Positions 29,828 through 45,599 are shown, counted from the stretch's first letter. The stretch is 64,000 bases of DNA from Octopus vulgaris (GCA_951406725.2 OX597817.1:142786001-142850000), one strand, 5' to 3'. Notes: a model not told the origin generated them from the sequence alone. Numbers and translations are program-made.

Positions 29828-30106
29828 TATATATATATATATATACACGACGACCTTCCCTTCTTTCAGTTTCCGCCTATCAAATCCAGTCACGAATAAG
29901 TGGTCGGCTCGCGGCTAATGCACGAATTATTGAGACTGAGCCTGGAATTATGTGGCTTGGAAGCGAAATATGTAAATGAGTTGTTAATCAGATTATGAAG
30001 TCTCTAATTATTAACCACATCATTAGAGATAAAAGTTTGTAAAACAATTAGCACTTGACTGGATTTCATAAAAAGATACATTATTTCTGAGAGTAATAGC
30101 GTTAGC

Positions 30107-30189
30107 AGCACGATGGCCGAGTGGTTAAGGCGTTGGACTTAAGTTCCAATGGACAAATGTCCGCGTGGGTTCGAACCCCACTCGTGCTA
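30107..30189 (+). tRNA. trnL-UAA: tRNA-Leu(TAA), intact (only intact + strand copy)
   Basis: Exact reverse complement of 2705-2787. Confidence 0.96.
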
Positions 30190-30650
30190 ATATTTCTTTA
30201 TATTATATTTTCAGGTGTCTTGGGGAAATTTCGAACCTGTTTTCTCATTCCTAAGGTATTATATTCTTTAAATCACTAATTTGTTTCAATGATTTGACTG
30301 CGGCCATGCCGGAGCACCACCTCAAAGGCTTTTAGTCGAAGAAATTGACTCCAGGACTTATTCTTTGTATGCCTAGTACTTATTCTATCGGTCTCTTTAG
30401 CCGAACACTACGCTACGAGGACATAAAGACCACAGTATCGGTTGTCAAGAGATGGTGGGGAATAAACGCGCACACCCGCACACATACACACACATAAATA
30501 TATACATATATCTATGCGACGGGCTTCTTTCAGTTTCTGTCTACAATCCTCTCACAAGGATATGTTCCGCGGCAGGCTATAGTAGAAGACACCCAAATTA
30601 CCACGCAGTGGGACTGAACCCGGAAGTAAGCTTCTTACTGCGCCACGACG

Positions 30651-30708
<58 letters not shown>

Positions 30709-31331
30709 TATATAACAAAGTGAAGTTGTAAGGTACCGCACGAGTGGAATTATATATGAAAGAAGGTTTGAAAAGGCAATTTTAAAAGATGCTTATTCAC
30801 TTGACCCGTTTCACTTTTTTAGAAAAAGATTGTCAAAAATACCATGTAAAAGTTTTTTGTGTTAGGTACTGGTTGTCACAAAATATTACAATATATATAT
30901 ATACATTCTTTGATAATAATAAGAACATGTTAAAAACAGTTTACAAGGAAAAACTGTTTTTAAAGTGTTGTTATTATTATTATCAAAGAATGTATATATA
31001 TATTGTAATATTTTGTGACATATGTATGTATGTATGTGTATATATATATATATTCCAACATTAAGACCTGTAATGGCCATTCTGGACCAAAACAAATGAA
31101 ACATGATGTAAAGTTATATTGAAAAAAAGGCACATCGTAAACTAAGGATTAATAAACGCATTGAATGATTTCAGAAGAACAGATCCCCTCACTATCACTT
31201 TCGTTGATCCGAGACTAAAATACAGGATGTATGCACAAGAAGCAGGGCAGTGCAACTGAACACGATACCACGTGGTTGAAAATCGAGTTCTCTAACCACA
31301 TAGTCATGTTTATATCTAAAGATAAAAGAAT

Positions 31332-31414
31332 TAGCACGAGTGGGGTTCGAACCCACGCGGACACTTGTCCATTGGAACTTAAGTCCAACGCCTTAACCAC
31401 TCGGCCATCGTGCT
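31332..31414 (-). tRNA. trnL-UAA: tRNA-Leu(TAA), intact
   Basis: Consensus cloverleaf; variable loop AAGT; last copy of the array. Confidence 0.95.
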
Positions 31415-32644
31415 GCTTGTGAGTAATAGGCCTGAAATAATGTATCTATTTATGGATATCAAAGACGTTATGCAGCCTAGTGGGAAATGGTTTAAAATTC
31501 TTTTTTTTTTTTCTGTTGAAGTGGCCAATACACAACCAATTAACAGCTCATTTACGTATCTCACTTTCCAACCTCATGATTCCAGGTTCAGTCCCACCGC
31601 GTGGCACATTGAGGTAGTGTTTCCTACAATAGGCACGGGCCGATCGAATCCCTGTGAGTGGATTTAATAGACGAAAACTGAAAGAAGCACGTCGTGTGTG
31701 ATTGTGTGTGTATGTATGTGTGTGTGCGTGTGTGTGCATGCACCTTTGTGCGTGCGTTAGTGTTTGCTTGTGTGTGTGTGTGTGTGTGTGTCTGTCTATC
31801 TTTGTATTTGTGTGTGTGTTCCCTACCACCGCTTGACGACCGATGTTGTTGTAACCTATCGGGTGGCCGAAATAAACCGACAGAATAAGGCTCCAAACAA
31901 AAACAAAACAACTGGAGTCCCTTCATTCAACTAAAATCATTGAAGGTGATGCCCCAGCATGGCCGCAGTCCAATGACTGAAAGAAGTAAAGGATAAACGA
32001 TGTGTTTCCTTGTTGATTAGTATTGTGCTACGTAACAGAGGGACATATAAGTAACTATGTAATTATGTGGCCATCCAATTTGATTGTGCAAAGGCAAGGG
32101 CTTTGATCACACGATCGAAAGACCACGGTTTCTATCCCTGGATAAAGCACTGCGTTGTGTTTTAAGCGCAACACTTTTTTTCCCTTTGGTGCAATCCACC
32201 CAGGTGCAAAGGATAAAACCTGCGACAGACTAGCGTCCCATCCAGGAGAGTAGGATGTTGTGACCTCGGTTACCTATACGCTATGGAAACTGGGTAGCCG
32301 ACCGTGTGAGTCGTAGAACTCGAGACGGACCCGGAGATATTCAAGGGCAGATAATATCTTATTTCATTGGTTTTGATGATTTAAGAAATAGAAAAGATGT
32401 ATCTTTACCGGAGGGTAGTGCGAAGTATTCGTGAATGAACGAACTGAAAGAATGACAGAATAAGCGAATGACACAATAAGAGAATGACAGAATAAAAGAA
32501 TAAAAAAGGGAGCTTATCCTTGCTGTTGCGTATTACACATGGCATGTTAGTCTGTGATTGAAGATTATCAGACAGGAGTAGTCAGGAATGTATAAAGAGG
32601 ATAAGGGGGAAGGAAGGGAGAGAAAGAACAGGGAGATGCAGAGA

Positions 32645-32675
<31 letters not shown>

Positions 32676-32940
32676 TAGGGGGGAGCAAGATAACGGTATA
32701 TTCTTGTGCTGCTCCATTAAGGTGCAGGATTCGATGCAGGCGGGGGCGGGAAGTGGATGAACAAAATACAATTAGAGCGCGTATAAAGCACAATCAGGAA
32801 TAGAATAAGACAGAGATGTGCGCATCTGTCTCTGTGTGTGTGTATGTGTGTGGATGTTTACTGTATGTGAAATTCTCTATAAGAATGTATATATGTATGT
32901 GTACATGTATGTATATATATATATATATATACATACATGT

Positions 32941-32993
<53 letters not shown>

Positions 32994-33033
32994 AGTATAT
33001 ATGTATGTGTATATATATATATATATTAATATG

Positions 33034-33067
<34 letters not shown>

Positions 33068-33068
33068 G

Positions 33069-33102
<34 letters not shown>

Positions 33103-33118
33103 TATGTATATGTATATA

Positions 33119-33198
<80 letters not shown>

Positions 33199-33379
33199 TA
33201 TATAAATATACATATATATACACAGAGTAGTTGTGATGGTAATTATTTTCTTTGCTTTACTAAACACGTGATGCGAGACGGTAGTTTTTGCTTATTGATC
33301 GCATGTGTTTCAGTGTGTATGTGTGTGGTGTGTACATGTGAATGTATGAGTGAATGTGCCCGTATTTGCGTTTCTCTTC

Positions 33380-33419
<40 letters not shown>

Positions 33420-34233
33420 AATGTTATTAAGGAAGTAAATCTCTTCTCTCTCTCTCTCTCTCTACTTTTTTTTAAATGCAGCTTTAATGCATTGTGCGTC
33501 TATGCAAATAAAGAGAATTATGTATGTTTGACTTGGTCATAATTGATCGATTGTAGTTTTTGAGACGAATATCTTGCATTATTCATAGAAATGAACTGAA
33601 AATCTTTGATACCATACTATACAATTCGATTGAAACGTGAGGTTGTAAGCCTTTTATATTCTCCATTTCATCCTTCTCTTCTCTTCTAACAGACTACACT
33701 ATATTAAAGAGTTAACCCTTACTGCAATGTAAGGGTGGAGAGGATAATACAATGCAACGCAGTAAACCTGAACGTGTCATAAATTGTTCAATTTTCTAAC
33801 CGTTAATTGGATAGGCAGAAAATATAAATGTATTCAAAATAATGTCAGCCAGCCCGTTGTACTCAATGTTTTTACGCAACATTAACTCCGTACTGAAGCA
33901 GAATTTTCGAATATGGCGTCTCGTTTAGTTATATCATATCTCGTGTGAAATTTAAAGAGCTTATCACGCCGACATTTAAAGCTGGAAGTAACGGCTTCAT
34001 AAACCGCATGAAGACTTCCCAAGAATTTTCAATAATTTTGCAGAATTTCCAGCTCTTTCATAATCACGCTACCATGCGGGGCCTTCTTTCTGTGGCAACC
34101 GACCGTTTAGTCTTTTTTAAATATTAAAATATCAATTGAATAACTCTGGCAACGAGGAAAATAATTTGCCAAAAAAAAATTGTAAGTATAAAAAGAATAC
34201 ATGACCACTACATATCTACGTATACACACACAC

Positions 34234-34340
<107 letters not shown>

Positions 34341-34619
34341 GTATGTATATATATATGTAAATATATATATATATATATATAAATATATATGTAAATATAT
34401 ATACCTTTCAAATTTGTATATATGTATGTATACATTCATTATATGTGTCCGTAACGTACTGAGGTTGTCATAGGCCATTTTCTCTTTTCAATCGAGATTT
34501 CTTTAAAGCACATACTTCTCAAAGATTGCAAAGATTAAAAGGAAAATTTATATTAATGCTACGAAGAGCAGCAGGAGTTGCAAATCTCAGTCATATTGGC
34601 AGCATATAACGCAATCACT

Positions 34620-34674
<55 letters not shown>

Positions 34675-34676
34675 TG

Positions 34677-34745
<69 letters not shown>

Positions 34746-35343
34746 ATATGAATATGTATATGTTTATGTGTATACGCGCGCACATACCACAATGTGGTTG
34801 AATTTGTATGTGTGACTGTCGAGATAAGAACGTTTGCGTAATTTCGTATTCACCGGACTAAACTAGTTCTATTACGCAAGAACAGGTTCTTTTAAAGGAA
34901 TCTCCGTATAAAAAGACGATGAAATATCATTAAATTGAGGAAATATTTGATACTGTTTATTTATTTATTTTTTTTATGTGATTGTGAAATAATATTCGTC
35001 TTTCAAAAAACGTTTATAAAGCCTCTCCATTTTTTTGCATTGCACCCTAAATTGAAAGTTACATTTTAACGGTATAATCTTTTACACAATCTCTCTCTCC
35101 TTCTCTCGCTCTCTCTCTCACGCCTTCTCCCTCTTTCGCTCTCTCTACTTCTTTCTCCCTTCTCTTTTTTTCTTCTCTCTCTCTCTCTCTCTCTGTCAAT
35201 ATGCATTTAAACACGTACTTGCATATATGCACGCTTATACATACATACATATATATTTACACACACATATATAAACATATATATATATGTATTAACAATA
35301 TTAATAAAGATTGCTTATGATGTATATAAACACACACGCACAC

Positions 35344-35395
<52 letters not shown>

Positions 35396-35505
35396 TATAA
35401 GCCGACTTTCGTAAATAAGCTCTTGGAAAAGAAAATGTTATAAGGGTTCTTAACTTGTCAAATTGTCATTATTCCATCCCTAGTACATATATGTACGTAT
35501 GTATG

Positions 35506-35536
<31 letters not shown>

Positions 35537-37010
35537 GTGTGTATGTCTACATATACATATGTGTGTACGCATATATGTATATATATACACGCACACATGC
35601 AACATACTCACACACACACGCACACACATGCATGTGTATACTGGAAAGCGAGGGCAGGGGGAAATAATGACAATTGACAATATAATAGCATGTATGTTAT
35701 ACACACGCGTGTGCGTATGTGTGTGTGTCGGTGTGAGAAATTCATAAAATACGTACACTAAATGATAAAATACAAACAAAATAAATTATTCCAAATACGG
35801 TATTTATGCAAATGTAATCCATATTGTTCTGTCTATTTTGCTTGCAGCGCACTTTTTGTTTTTTTTGTTTTTTTCATTATATATGATTGAAAGATTTGAT
35901 ATTTTATACAACTTCCGCAGCCTGGTCATAATTTGAGCGGCGTTTTTCCTAATACTTCTATCCTTGTTTATCACGGGGTTTTGGTTACAAAACTATACGC
36001 TGATAAAGAATCATTTCTACGCAGTTTGTAAATGAATCGAATGGTAAATTCATTGCCACCTAACTTCTGCCCCCACAACAATGAAACTTCGAATGCCACA
36101 TATTTTCTTGAGCCTCACTTCCTCTTCTTTTCATCGTTGCAATTATCAGACGCATTTGAAGTTTTTCCGTTCACTGCTCCCATACTGGTGGTACAAGTAT
36201 GTAGATTCGAATAAAACAGAGATTCTCAACCATTTTTGCCCATGGACCTCTTTGGTTCTTATTTACTCAGGGGTGGGATCCTCAAAGCCATTCGATGTCT
36301 AAGAACTCCTATTATACTTTTATTATTGAATATTAGGAAGGCGGCGGGCTGGCAGAATCGTGAGCACGCCGGGCGAAATGCATAGCGTTATTTCGTCTGC
36401 TGTAACGTTCTGAGTTCAAATTCCGCCGAGGTCGACTTTGCTTTTCATCCTTTCGGGGTCGATTAAATAAGTACTAGTTACGCACTGGGGTCGATATAAT
36501 TGACGTAATCCATTTGTCTGTCCTTGTTTGTCCCCTTTGTGTTTAGCCCCTTGTGGGTAGTAAAGAAATAGGTATTTCGTCTGCTGCTATGTTCTGAGTT
36601 TAAATTCCGCTGCGGTCGACTTGACCTTTCATCCTTTCGGATGTAATGCATTCGAAAGAATAAAGATACCACATCATCTATCACGCAGGTTACGCGTTCG
36701 TGCCTTAGGTAGAGGGGTCCGTAAGAAAAATACACTGCAGTCGCCACTCAATGTCAGCACAACCTGCAATAAGCTGGCAAAATATTCTGGAAGTCTTGGA
36801 ATGGGAACAAAAACGATGCGATTCCGGGCACGCTGAAGCAATTCATGCATGCATGCATGCATGGATGAATGGACGGACGGACGGACGGACTTTGTGGTGG
36901 GATCCACTGTCAAATCACTCTCATCAGTTGCATTATGTATACATTTCTACATTATTTACATCATTTACATTTGATGGATATTATTATTGTTATTATTATT
37001 ATTATTATTA

Positions 37011-37467
37011 AGTGAGAGAGCAGTGCATGCCATCAAAGTGACACTGGGGTAAAATATACGAAGCCCAATATACCCATCATGACTACCCGTCTGATAAGGG
37101 TACACCAGGCACATGCATCACAACCATATGTGCGCGACATGGTGATCTCATATCAAGATAAACAGCGCATGCCTTTACAGGTGGGGCCCAGTTAGAATTT
37201 TCTTCTGGTCGAGTAGCCCATCCCGCTCAAAAGGTCCCTGAATAAGGATTGTTTAAGGATGTTGAACGAATCACCCATGTTTCCAAAGTTGAACTATCCA
37301 AGCCTCCAAGAATTCCTCTCAACACACGGCTATGATGCTCCCCCACTACTTCTGCTCGTGATCAGAGATGCACATATCGTCAGCCACTAAGGGACATGCT
37401 CAACTGGTTAAGGTCAAACAACTGACAAGCAAATCTGTGGTATTAAGCAGAATATTTGCTGCAGCCC
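37011..37467. mobile_element. 457-bp non-coding element bounded by (TAT)n on both sides
   Basis: High-complexity block with sharp microsatellite boundaries and no credible ORF. Confidence 0.45.
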
Positions 37468-37518
<51 letters not shown>

Positions 37519-38872
37519 GTTTTTTCCATCTTTCTTCAAATTTTCTTCCGTTTCTCGCCGAGTGTTTTCCATACACCTAGGGCAGAGAAGCTCATTGTAT
37601 GCATTCCCAGATTACACACACAAATTCACAGATAAAATATGTATTTAAGGATTAATAAATAAATAAATTCATGGATGGATGTTGTTTTCACAGCGATAGT
37701 GATCTTCTCAGTACATGAGCCGTTCCAGTTAATACGATTTTTTGGCACTTCCTGTAGGGATGGTAAGCCTGGAATCATTTTCAAATAGGTTTCAGTACCT
37801 TTTTTTTATCATTTCTAGAGATCCTACAACCACTGGTACTGTAGTCACCTTGAGATGCCACATTTTTTCAATTTCTATTAGCAGGTCTTTATATTTACTA
37901 ATCTTGTCAAGTTCTTTCGCCGCTATGTTGTGATCGCAAGGGATACTCATGTCAATTAATAAACACATCTTTTTTGTCTGATCTTTTATAATAATATCCG
38001 GTTTATTAGCTTTTATAGTCTTGTCGGTCTGTATGGGGAAGTCCCATAGAGTCGACACATTTTCTCCCTCAGTCACAGCTTCAGGATGTTGTTTATACCA
38101 TTTGTCAGCGATTTTGATTTTATAATACCGACATATTGTCCAATGTAAATACTGGCCGACTCTGTCATGTCTTGCTTTATATTCTGCAGGTGCTAAGACT
38201 CTACACCCTGAGATTAGGTGGTCTATTGTTTCAATCTCATCGTTACAGAATCGGCATTTTGAGTCAGCTCCATTTTTTATCACATTGTCTTGGTAGTTCC
38301 GGGTTAAGAAGCTTTGGTCTTAAGCATCTAATATGAAACCTTCACTCTCTGCTTTTAGCCCTGAGCTTCATAACCATTGGTGCGTGTGTTTCTGGTCGAC
38401 ATCAGCTTGTTTGCTACGGGCCACATACTTGCCATGGAGAGGTTTCTGTTCCCATCTGCTAGCTAAATTTTCATGCAATTAATAAATCTTTGCAATTAAT
38501 TTTATTTTCTTTGCAGCTGCAGTTGGCGCATTTCCTTCAGCCTGCTCAATCTGGTGGGTATCTAAGAGATCAGCAGTGAAATTTTTGCTCTCTTTGAGAA
38601 TAGAGTGAAGTCTTTTCAGTCTTTCAACAGGTTTTAGCATCCAATCGCTGGTTGCTTCAAGGTATTTGACCAGTCTGATTGTGGTGGTTTTGTAAGATCA
38701 AACCTCGACCTCCCTGAGCTCTGGGAAGGTAAAGGCGATCCACGTCTGCCTTTGGATGGTGCATCTTATTACAAGTCAGTAGCTTGCGGATTTTTCTGTC
38801 AATTTTCATTATTTCACTGGTATTCCAGTTAAGCACATTGAAGCTATAAAGAACAACTGGTACTGCTAAGAA
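37519..38872 (-). mobile_element. 5'-truncated R4/Dong-like non-LTR retrotransposon with restriction-like endonuclease; disrupted ORF
   Basis: ORF 37792-38283 has CRFC..ETIDHLISGC zinc knuckle, RHD, WDF, KPDI..LID motifs; upstream HHPKADVDRLYLPRAQGGRGL; flanked by (TAA)n. Confidence 0.88.
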
Positions 38873-39007
<135 letters not shown>

Positions 39008-39063
39008 ATTATTATTATTCAGGTTAGTAGCCCGTGCTCTTAACCACTGCGCCATATGCCCGT

Positions 39064-39157
39064 GGGCATATGGCATAGTGGTTAAGAGTGCGGGCTACTA
39101 ACCCCAAGATTCCGAGTTCGATTACAGGCAGTGACCTGAATCATCATCATCATCATC

Positions 39158-39193
<36 letters not shown>

Positions 39194-39364
39194 TCGAAAA
39201 ATACCTTGGGAATGAGAACCCAGGTTCGAAATTTCCCCCAAGACACCTGATGAAGGCTGGAGGGTAGATCAGCTGAAACGTTGTGTTAACAACAAACAAG
39301 ATGAGGACAAATATCTGTCGAATGTATATAATGCACATTATTTCTCATCTCTTAATTATAGAAC
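39064..39364 (+). mobile_element. Composite element: tRNA-like head + (TCA/TAA)n + hammerhead-containing tail
   Basis: A box TGGCATAGTGG, B box GAGTTCGATT, microsatellite 39141-39190, tail with CTGATGA..GAAA; second copy on - at 48408-48755. Confidence 0.75.
39242..39287 (+). ncRNA. Minimal type I hammerhead ribozyme motif
   Basis: GACAC-CTGATGA-A-GGCTG-loop-CAGCT-GAAACGTT-GTGTT; stem I GACAC/GTGTT; palindrome AACGTT. Confidence 0.68.
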
Positions 39365-40544
39365 TGTATACATTTCTGTTGTATTATTTAATTATGATGT
39401 GATCGATGTGAAGTCGATGATTCGATCGTAGATGCATCTGTTCTTTCTTCTTCTAGCTGAAGATGTTTCGGAAACGATTAAGTTCCACTCGCTGCACGAA
39501 TTTCAGTTGCGTTTCCCAACAGAACGTTTCACCTTGTATTAGTGCACACCCCACTCGGATAAAGGAATTACAGATCATAATCAGCTTTTAGAGGGCGGTT
39601 TGTAGCAGGGGGGGTTGATCCCAACCAGGATAATCTCAATAGAAAAGGATAAACTGGATTCCAGAAGAAGGATGAAAAGTGGAGGAAACAAACTAATTCG
39701 ATACTTCCATGAGATGGCTATGAAAGACTCGGGATGTCTGACTTGAAATATAAATATGATATTACTGTTGCTATTGTCAAAGAAAGTCAGAGGAAAGGAT
39801 GTGGAAACTATCGCGAATTTCTCTCGATGCGATACTTGGGAAGTTCTTTGGAAGTGTATTACTTAAACGGTATGAGAAAATAACAACTGAGCAAATTAAA
39901 ACTCCGTAGGGAGCTCCGGAAGGGTAGAAAAACCATAGGTATGTATTGAGTGTGGTCTTGGTTGTGTATATGGGGGTACTGGAAGCATGAAACCTGTGGT
40001 GCCTTTGATACGTAATATCTAGTTTTAGATGTTCATTTGTATCATAGAGTCTCTACACAGAGCTATGAGGGCTTGGGTTACACAGTCCAGCATTGTATAG
40101 TTTGATGTTAAATTAGGGATTTAGTAGGGCTGTATTCCAACATCAGAGTTAAATACAAAGGGACTGTAGCTGTTGTGTCTAAAATGTCGTGGAACTAAGT
40201 TAAAACCAAAACTACTTGTTATTAGCGTATGATTTCATCTGTTCTTGTAGAAGACACGCAGGGTTTGGTTGATCCTTCTAGCAGTGGAGCCACAAAGTCC
40301 GGATGGAAAATAAACAACCGGAAGACGGAATTTCAAGGCAGTGACACAACCTGATTTCATTATTATCGAAGTTCAAAAGCTAACAGAGGTCAGCCACTTT
40401 AAGTGTCCGGGCAATAGAGTAACTATTGGTGGAACAGACCTCAGAACGTAAAGAGTCGATGCGCTTACCATTCTGTCAGTTTTGAAATAATAATAAAAAA
40501 CATTTTAAAGAAAATCTTGAACTCCTTGTCAATTCTTTCGCAAT

Positions 40545-40760
40545 ATCTGATAAATTATTCATCTTAGGAGATTTTAATACCAGATTCGATACTGGTCATG
40601 ACAAGTAGGAGCATGGGAATGGCAAACACGTCAATATGGTTGTTTTATTGTAGCAGACTTTTATTTCTGAATTTTAGTTCTTCATACACCTGACTTTTAC
40701 AAATAACCATTTTTGCCTCTCTCATGACCGATCATTGACTCTTTGGTTTGCAGACTTAAA
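40545..40760 (+). mobile_element. Possible old LINE AP-endonuclease remnant
   Basis: Translates LFILGDFNTR; otherwise full of stops. Confidence 0.3.
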
Positions 40761-42370
40761 ATGGTAATTATGCGCGAAAGAAATCTGCACGCAAAGAGGT
40801 CGACGTATAGAATGAGTATTTCAAAACACAGAAACAGTAAAATAATACAATTCTATTTTTTTATTTCTCCCAGACAGCCGAACGAAAAACTAAAATAATA
40901 CATTAATCCGGGAAGCATTAGAATGAAAATTTTAAAGAGATATTTATAAATCAAAACTGAATTTACTGAATAAAAAGGGAAATAATTTCTCTGCCTGATT
41001 TTGATAAAAAGATTAAGAGATTAAACTCGTGTGAAGCAGCACTTTGCACCAAAGACATTAATGATATTAATTAAAAACAGAAGACTGCTATGTTCACAGT
41101 CTGGTTTAATCCTTTCTACTCTAGGCACAAGGCCCAAAATTTTATGGGAGGAGGACAGTCGATTAGATCGACCCCAGTACGCAATTGGTAGTTACTTTAT
41201 CGACCCCGAAAGTATGAAAAGCAAAGTCGACTTCCGCGGGATTTGAACTCAGAACGTAAAGGCAGACAGAACACTGCTAAACATTTCGCTCGGCGTACTA
41301 ACGTATCTGCCAGCTCACTGCCTTTGTTTATATCAATATACTTTTCTACTCTAGGCACAAGGCCCGAAATTTGGGATGAGGGATCCAGTCGATTCGATCG
41401 ACCGCAGAATGCAACTAGTACTTAATTTATCGACCCTGAAAGGATGAAAGGCAAAGTTGACTTCAGCGGCAGACGAAATACCGCAAAGCTAGCAATTCTG
41501 CCAGCTCGCCTCCTTAATCTTCACAGTCTAGTTTAATGGAGACGGCATAAAATCTGTGAGAGAGGGCTTAGCGGAGGAAATAATGTTGAGTTATTCCGTG
41601 TATATATGGATAGCAAAATGACTAGACTCTTCAGAAGAGAGCGAATAGTTCTTGGATCTGTGGTTCATCATCGATATTGCTATTGCTTTCGTCTTAATCT
41701 TTTTTGCTTCTTTTTTAATTCTTGCTTTTATCCATCTGGCATAAAATCACTGTGATCATCTCGGAATTTTAGGAATATATAGAATTATATAGTCAAATTT
41801 GTCTTTTCGTTTTCTTCCCCAAGCGAGTAAGATATGATTTAAGAAAGATTTCGCTGTAATTCCTACTAAATCTAGCGATCCCGATGAAGTTCTCCCATGA
41901 CCTTCAAGACATCATTTTGAGATTTTACCTCCACAGAAAATTAAACTGCGGTATGAAAATTCAAAAGTCTAAACCGTTGAAAGTATTTTCTTTAGACCAC
42001 GATGAATAAAGAAAAATATACAGGAAAATTTTGGTAAGCTAATTCACAAATATTATTTGTCACAGAATGCTAAGTGCCAATCCAAATCGATATTGGAGAC
42101 TTCCATCTGGTAAGGATCTTTAAGCCATCATTCGATCATGTTTACTGTTTGCGTAGGCCCGATCAAGCAGGGAATTGTTTTGAGTCAAAAAGGATCCAGA
42201 TATAGGTAGTCTGTTTAATGCTTTTTGGAAGCATTTGTCTAAGTACCATTTCAAGATTATAGAAGTTTCTTTCTGTTTCTAATGTTTTTCGAGATAATGT
42301 TAAATAAAGCTTGGCCGGTTGATGCAAAATAGTTCGGTCTTAATGCATACCTACACACACACTCACAGGC

Positions 42371-42718
<348 letters not shown>

Positions 42719-43322
42719 GTCGCGTAAATATATACACATATTCATATAGACACACATACGCACACAAATACACATATAATATGTATGAATTTGGTAAATT
42801 TGTCAGATACTTTTTTTTTATTACTATAGCATGCGTCTAGCCATAAAACATATTTCAGTATGAAAGTAATGGATGTGAAACATGGCGTGTGAGCGCATAA
42901 ATAAATGACTTGAAACGTCTGTTCTACCAATGTTCGAAATGTATTCGATGTTCAAATAATTTTGACTGGTTCCTGCAGAGTCTTCGGACAAATTAATTGA
43001 CTTCGTTTCAAAGTAAATCAGGATAAATCTACTTCTGTGATCGATATAGCAATTAAATTCTAAAAATTGCTAATAATTCAACAAGCCAGGGCGCAATGTG
43101 AACAAGGCCATGGCAAAGTCTATCGATGTTAAGAAACGGAGTTATTAAAAGAAAGGTTTTCCTGCAGACTAAGGAACTTGGAAACGATGTAATAATATTG
43201 CACATGGAGGTGGGAAGGAAGAGATGGGAGATGAGTAGGGAGAGGAAGAAGGGGCTGCGGGGGTGAAGTGAGATTGAAAGTAAAGGATAGGCGAGGAATG
43301 TGAGAGGATTGGTTCATGAGTT

Positions 43323-43782
43323 AGAGGAGGAGGAAGTAGAAGAAGAAGAAGAATAAAAAGGAGGAGGAGGAGGAGGAGGACGAGGAAGAGGAGAAGAAGA
43401 AGAAGAAGAAGAAGAAGAAGAAAAGAAGAAGAAGAAAGAAGAAGAAGAAGGAGAAGAAGAAGAAGAAGAAGAAGAAGAAGAAGAAGAAGAAGAAGAAAAC
43501 GATAGAATAAGAAAAAATTCAAAGAACAAGATGGAAAAGACGAAGGGAAGGAAGGAAAGAAGATAAAAGTAGTGGTGGTGATGGTGATGGTGGTGTGTAT
43601 AATATAACATGAAGATAAACGAAGAATATAACTGTAGATGATGGTGAAGGTAAAGAATGGAAAGAACACAAATGAAGAAGATGAAAGAAAAAGAAAAATA
43701 TAACGAAGGAAAAGAAGAAAAAAGAACAAGATGGAAAAGACGAAAGAAATAGAGGGAAGAAGATAAAAGATGAAGATGATGA

Positions 43783-43816
<34 letters not shown>

Positions 43817-43887
43817 CGTCGTGGTCGTGGTGGTCGTGGTCGTGGTTGTGGTGGTGGTGGTGGTCGTCGTCGTAGTGGTGGTGGAGG

Positions 43888-43918
<31 letters not shown>

Positions 43919-44227
43919 AGAAGAAGAAGAAGAAGAAGAAGAAGAAGAAGAAGAAGAAGAAGAAGAAGAAGAAGAAGAAGAAGAAGAAGAAGAAATGAAA
44001 ACGAAGAATTTTGTTGTTGCTGAATGTAAAAGAAGAAAGTGAAGTTGGAATTTGTCGGTTGGAAGGTCATAACCATTTAGCTGTCCATCCATAGCAGATT
44101 TCTAATTAAACTGCCAAGAACTTGTAGAGAACAGTGCGAAAGTTCATTTCATGCTGGCGGCGGTTTTGATGCAACACTAAGCTGAATAAATCACTTTGCA
44201 CACACGTGCATATATATACATACATAC

Positions 44228-44295
<68 letters not shown>

Positions 44296-44702
44296 GTATG
44301 TATGTATGTATGTATGTATGTATGTATGTATGTATGTATGTATGTATGTATGTATGTATGTATAGTAGAGCTGTTGCAGCATTGTGCAGCATTATTGTGG
44401 TGGTGGTGGTGGTGGTGGTGGTGGTGATGCTGCTGAGGGACACCAAATGAATATATAAATAAATAAATAAATATAATGAACGAAAGAAGAAAGGAAAGAA
44501 AAAAACTGTTGCGAATATCGACAAAAGGGGAAGTAGTAGTAGTAGTAGTAGTAGTTGTTGTTGTAGTAGCAGTAGCAGCAGCAGTAGTAGTAGCAGCGGC
44601 AACAGCAGCAGTAGTTGTACTGGTAGTAGCAGCAACAGCAGCAAAAGCAGCAGTAGTCGTACTGGTAGTAGTAGCAACAGCAGCAGCAGCAGCAGTAGTA
44701 TT

Positions 44703-44749
<47 letters not shown>

Positions 44750-44856
44750 TGTAGAAGTACTTGTATTAGCAGTAGCAGCAGCGGTAGTAGTAGCAGCAGC
44801 AACAGCAGCAGCAGTCGTACTGGTAGTAGTAGCAATAGCAGCAGCAGCAGCAGTCT

Positions 44857-44901
<45 letters not shown>

Positions 44902-44923
44902 CAGCAGCAGCTGCAGCAGCAGC

Positions 44924-44973
<50 letters not shown>

Positions 44974-45192
44974 CGGTAGTTGTAGTAGTAGTAGTATAAG
45001 TAGCTGCAACAGCAGCAGCAGCAGTAGCAGTAGTAATAGTAATAGTAGTTGTAGTAGTAGTAGCAGCAACAGCAGCAGCAGCTGTAGTGGTAGTAGTAAT
45101 AGTAGTAGTCGTAGTAGTTGCAGTAGTAGTAGTAGGGGCTATTACAAATGGAGCTGGGACTATATTGTTGCTTGTAACTCGTGCCCTTAAAT

Positions 45193-45258
<66 letters not shown>
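43323..45258. repeat. Compound trinucleotide microsatellite field (GAA, GAG, GAT, GGT, GTA, GCA, TAT)
   Basis: Direct reading. Confidence 0.95.
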
Positions 45259-45261
<3 letters not shown>

Positions 45262-45549
45262 CTATAAGCGGTGTTATTCTAACTGTTGTTATTGCTGTTT
45301 GCAGTTTATAATCTTCTTTCAATCAATGTTTTGTTGTTGATTTTCAGCTGTTTTTTTCTTTTTTGACAACTGTTGTTGTTGCTGTAATTGTTGTTGTTTT
45401 TGTTGCTTTATTCCTATTTTTGTTGTTGTTTTGCATATTTCTTTCTGCTATTGCTGTTGTGGTTGATATCAAAACGTTTTTTTTTTTGTTTTTTAACACA
45501 TTTTTGTTGCTACTGGTTTTCTAAATTTTATATTTGTAGTTTTTCTATA

Positions 45550-45599
<50 letters not shown>

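Noticed and set aside
43169-45197. Long low-complexity ORFs of 166-307 aa
   Set aside because: Compound trinucleotide microsatellites open in several frames on both strands
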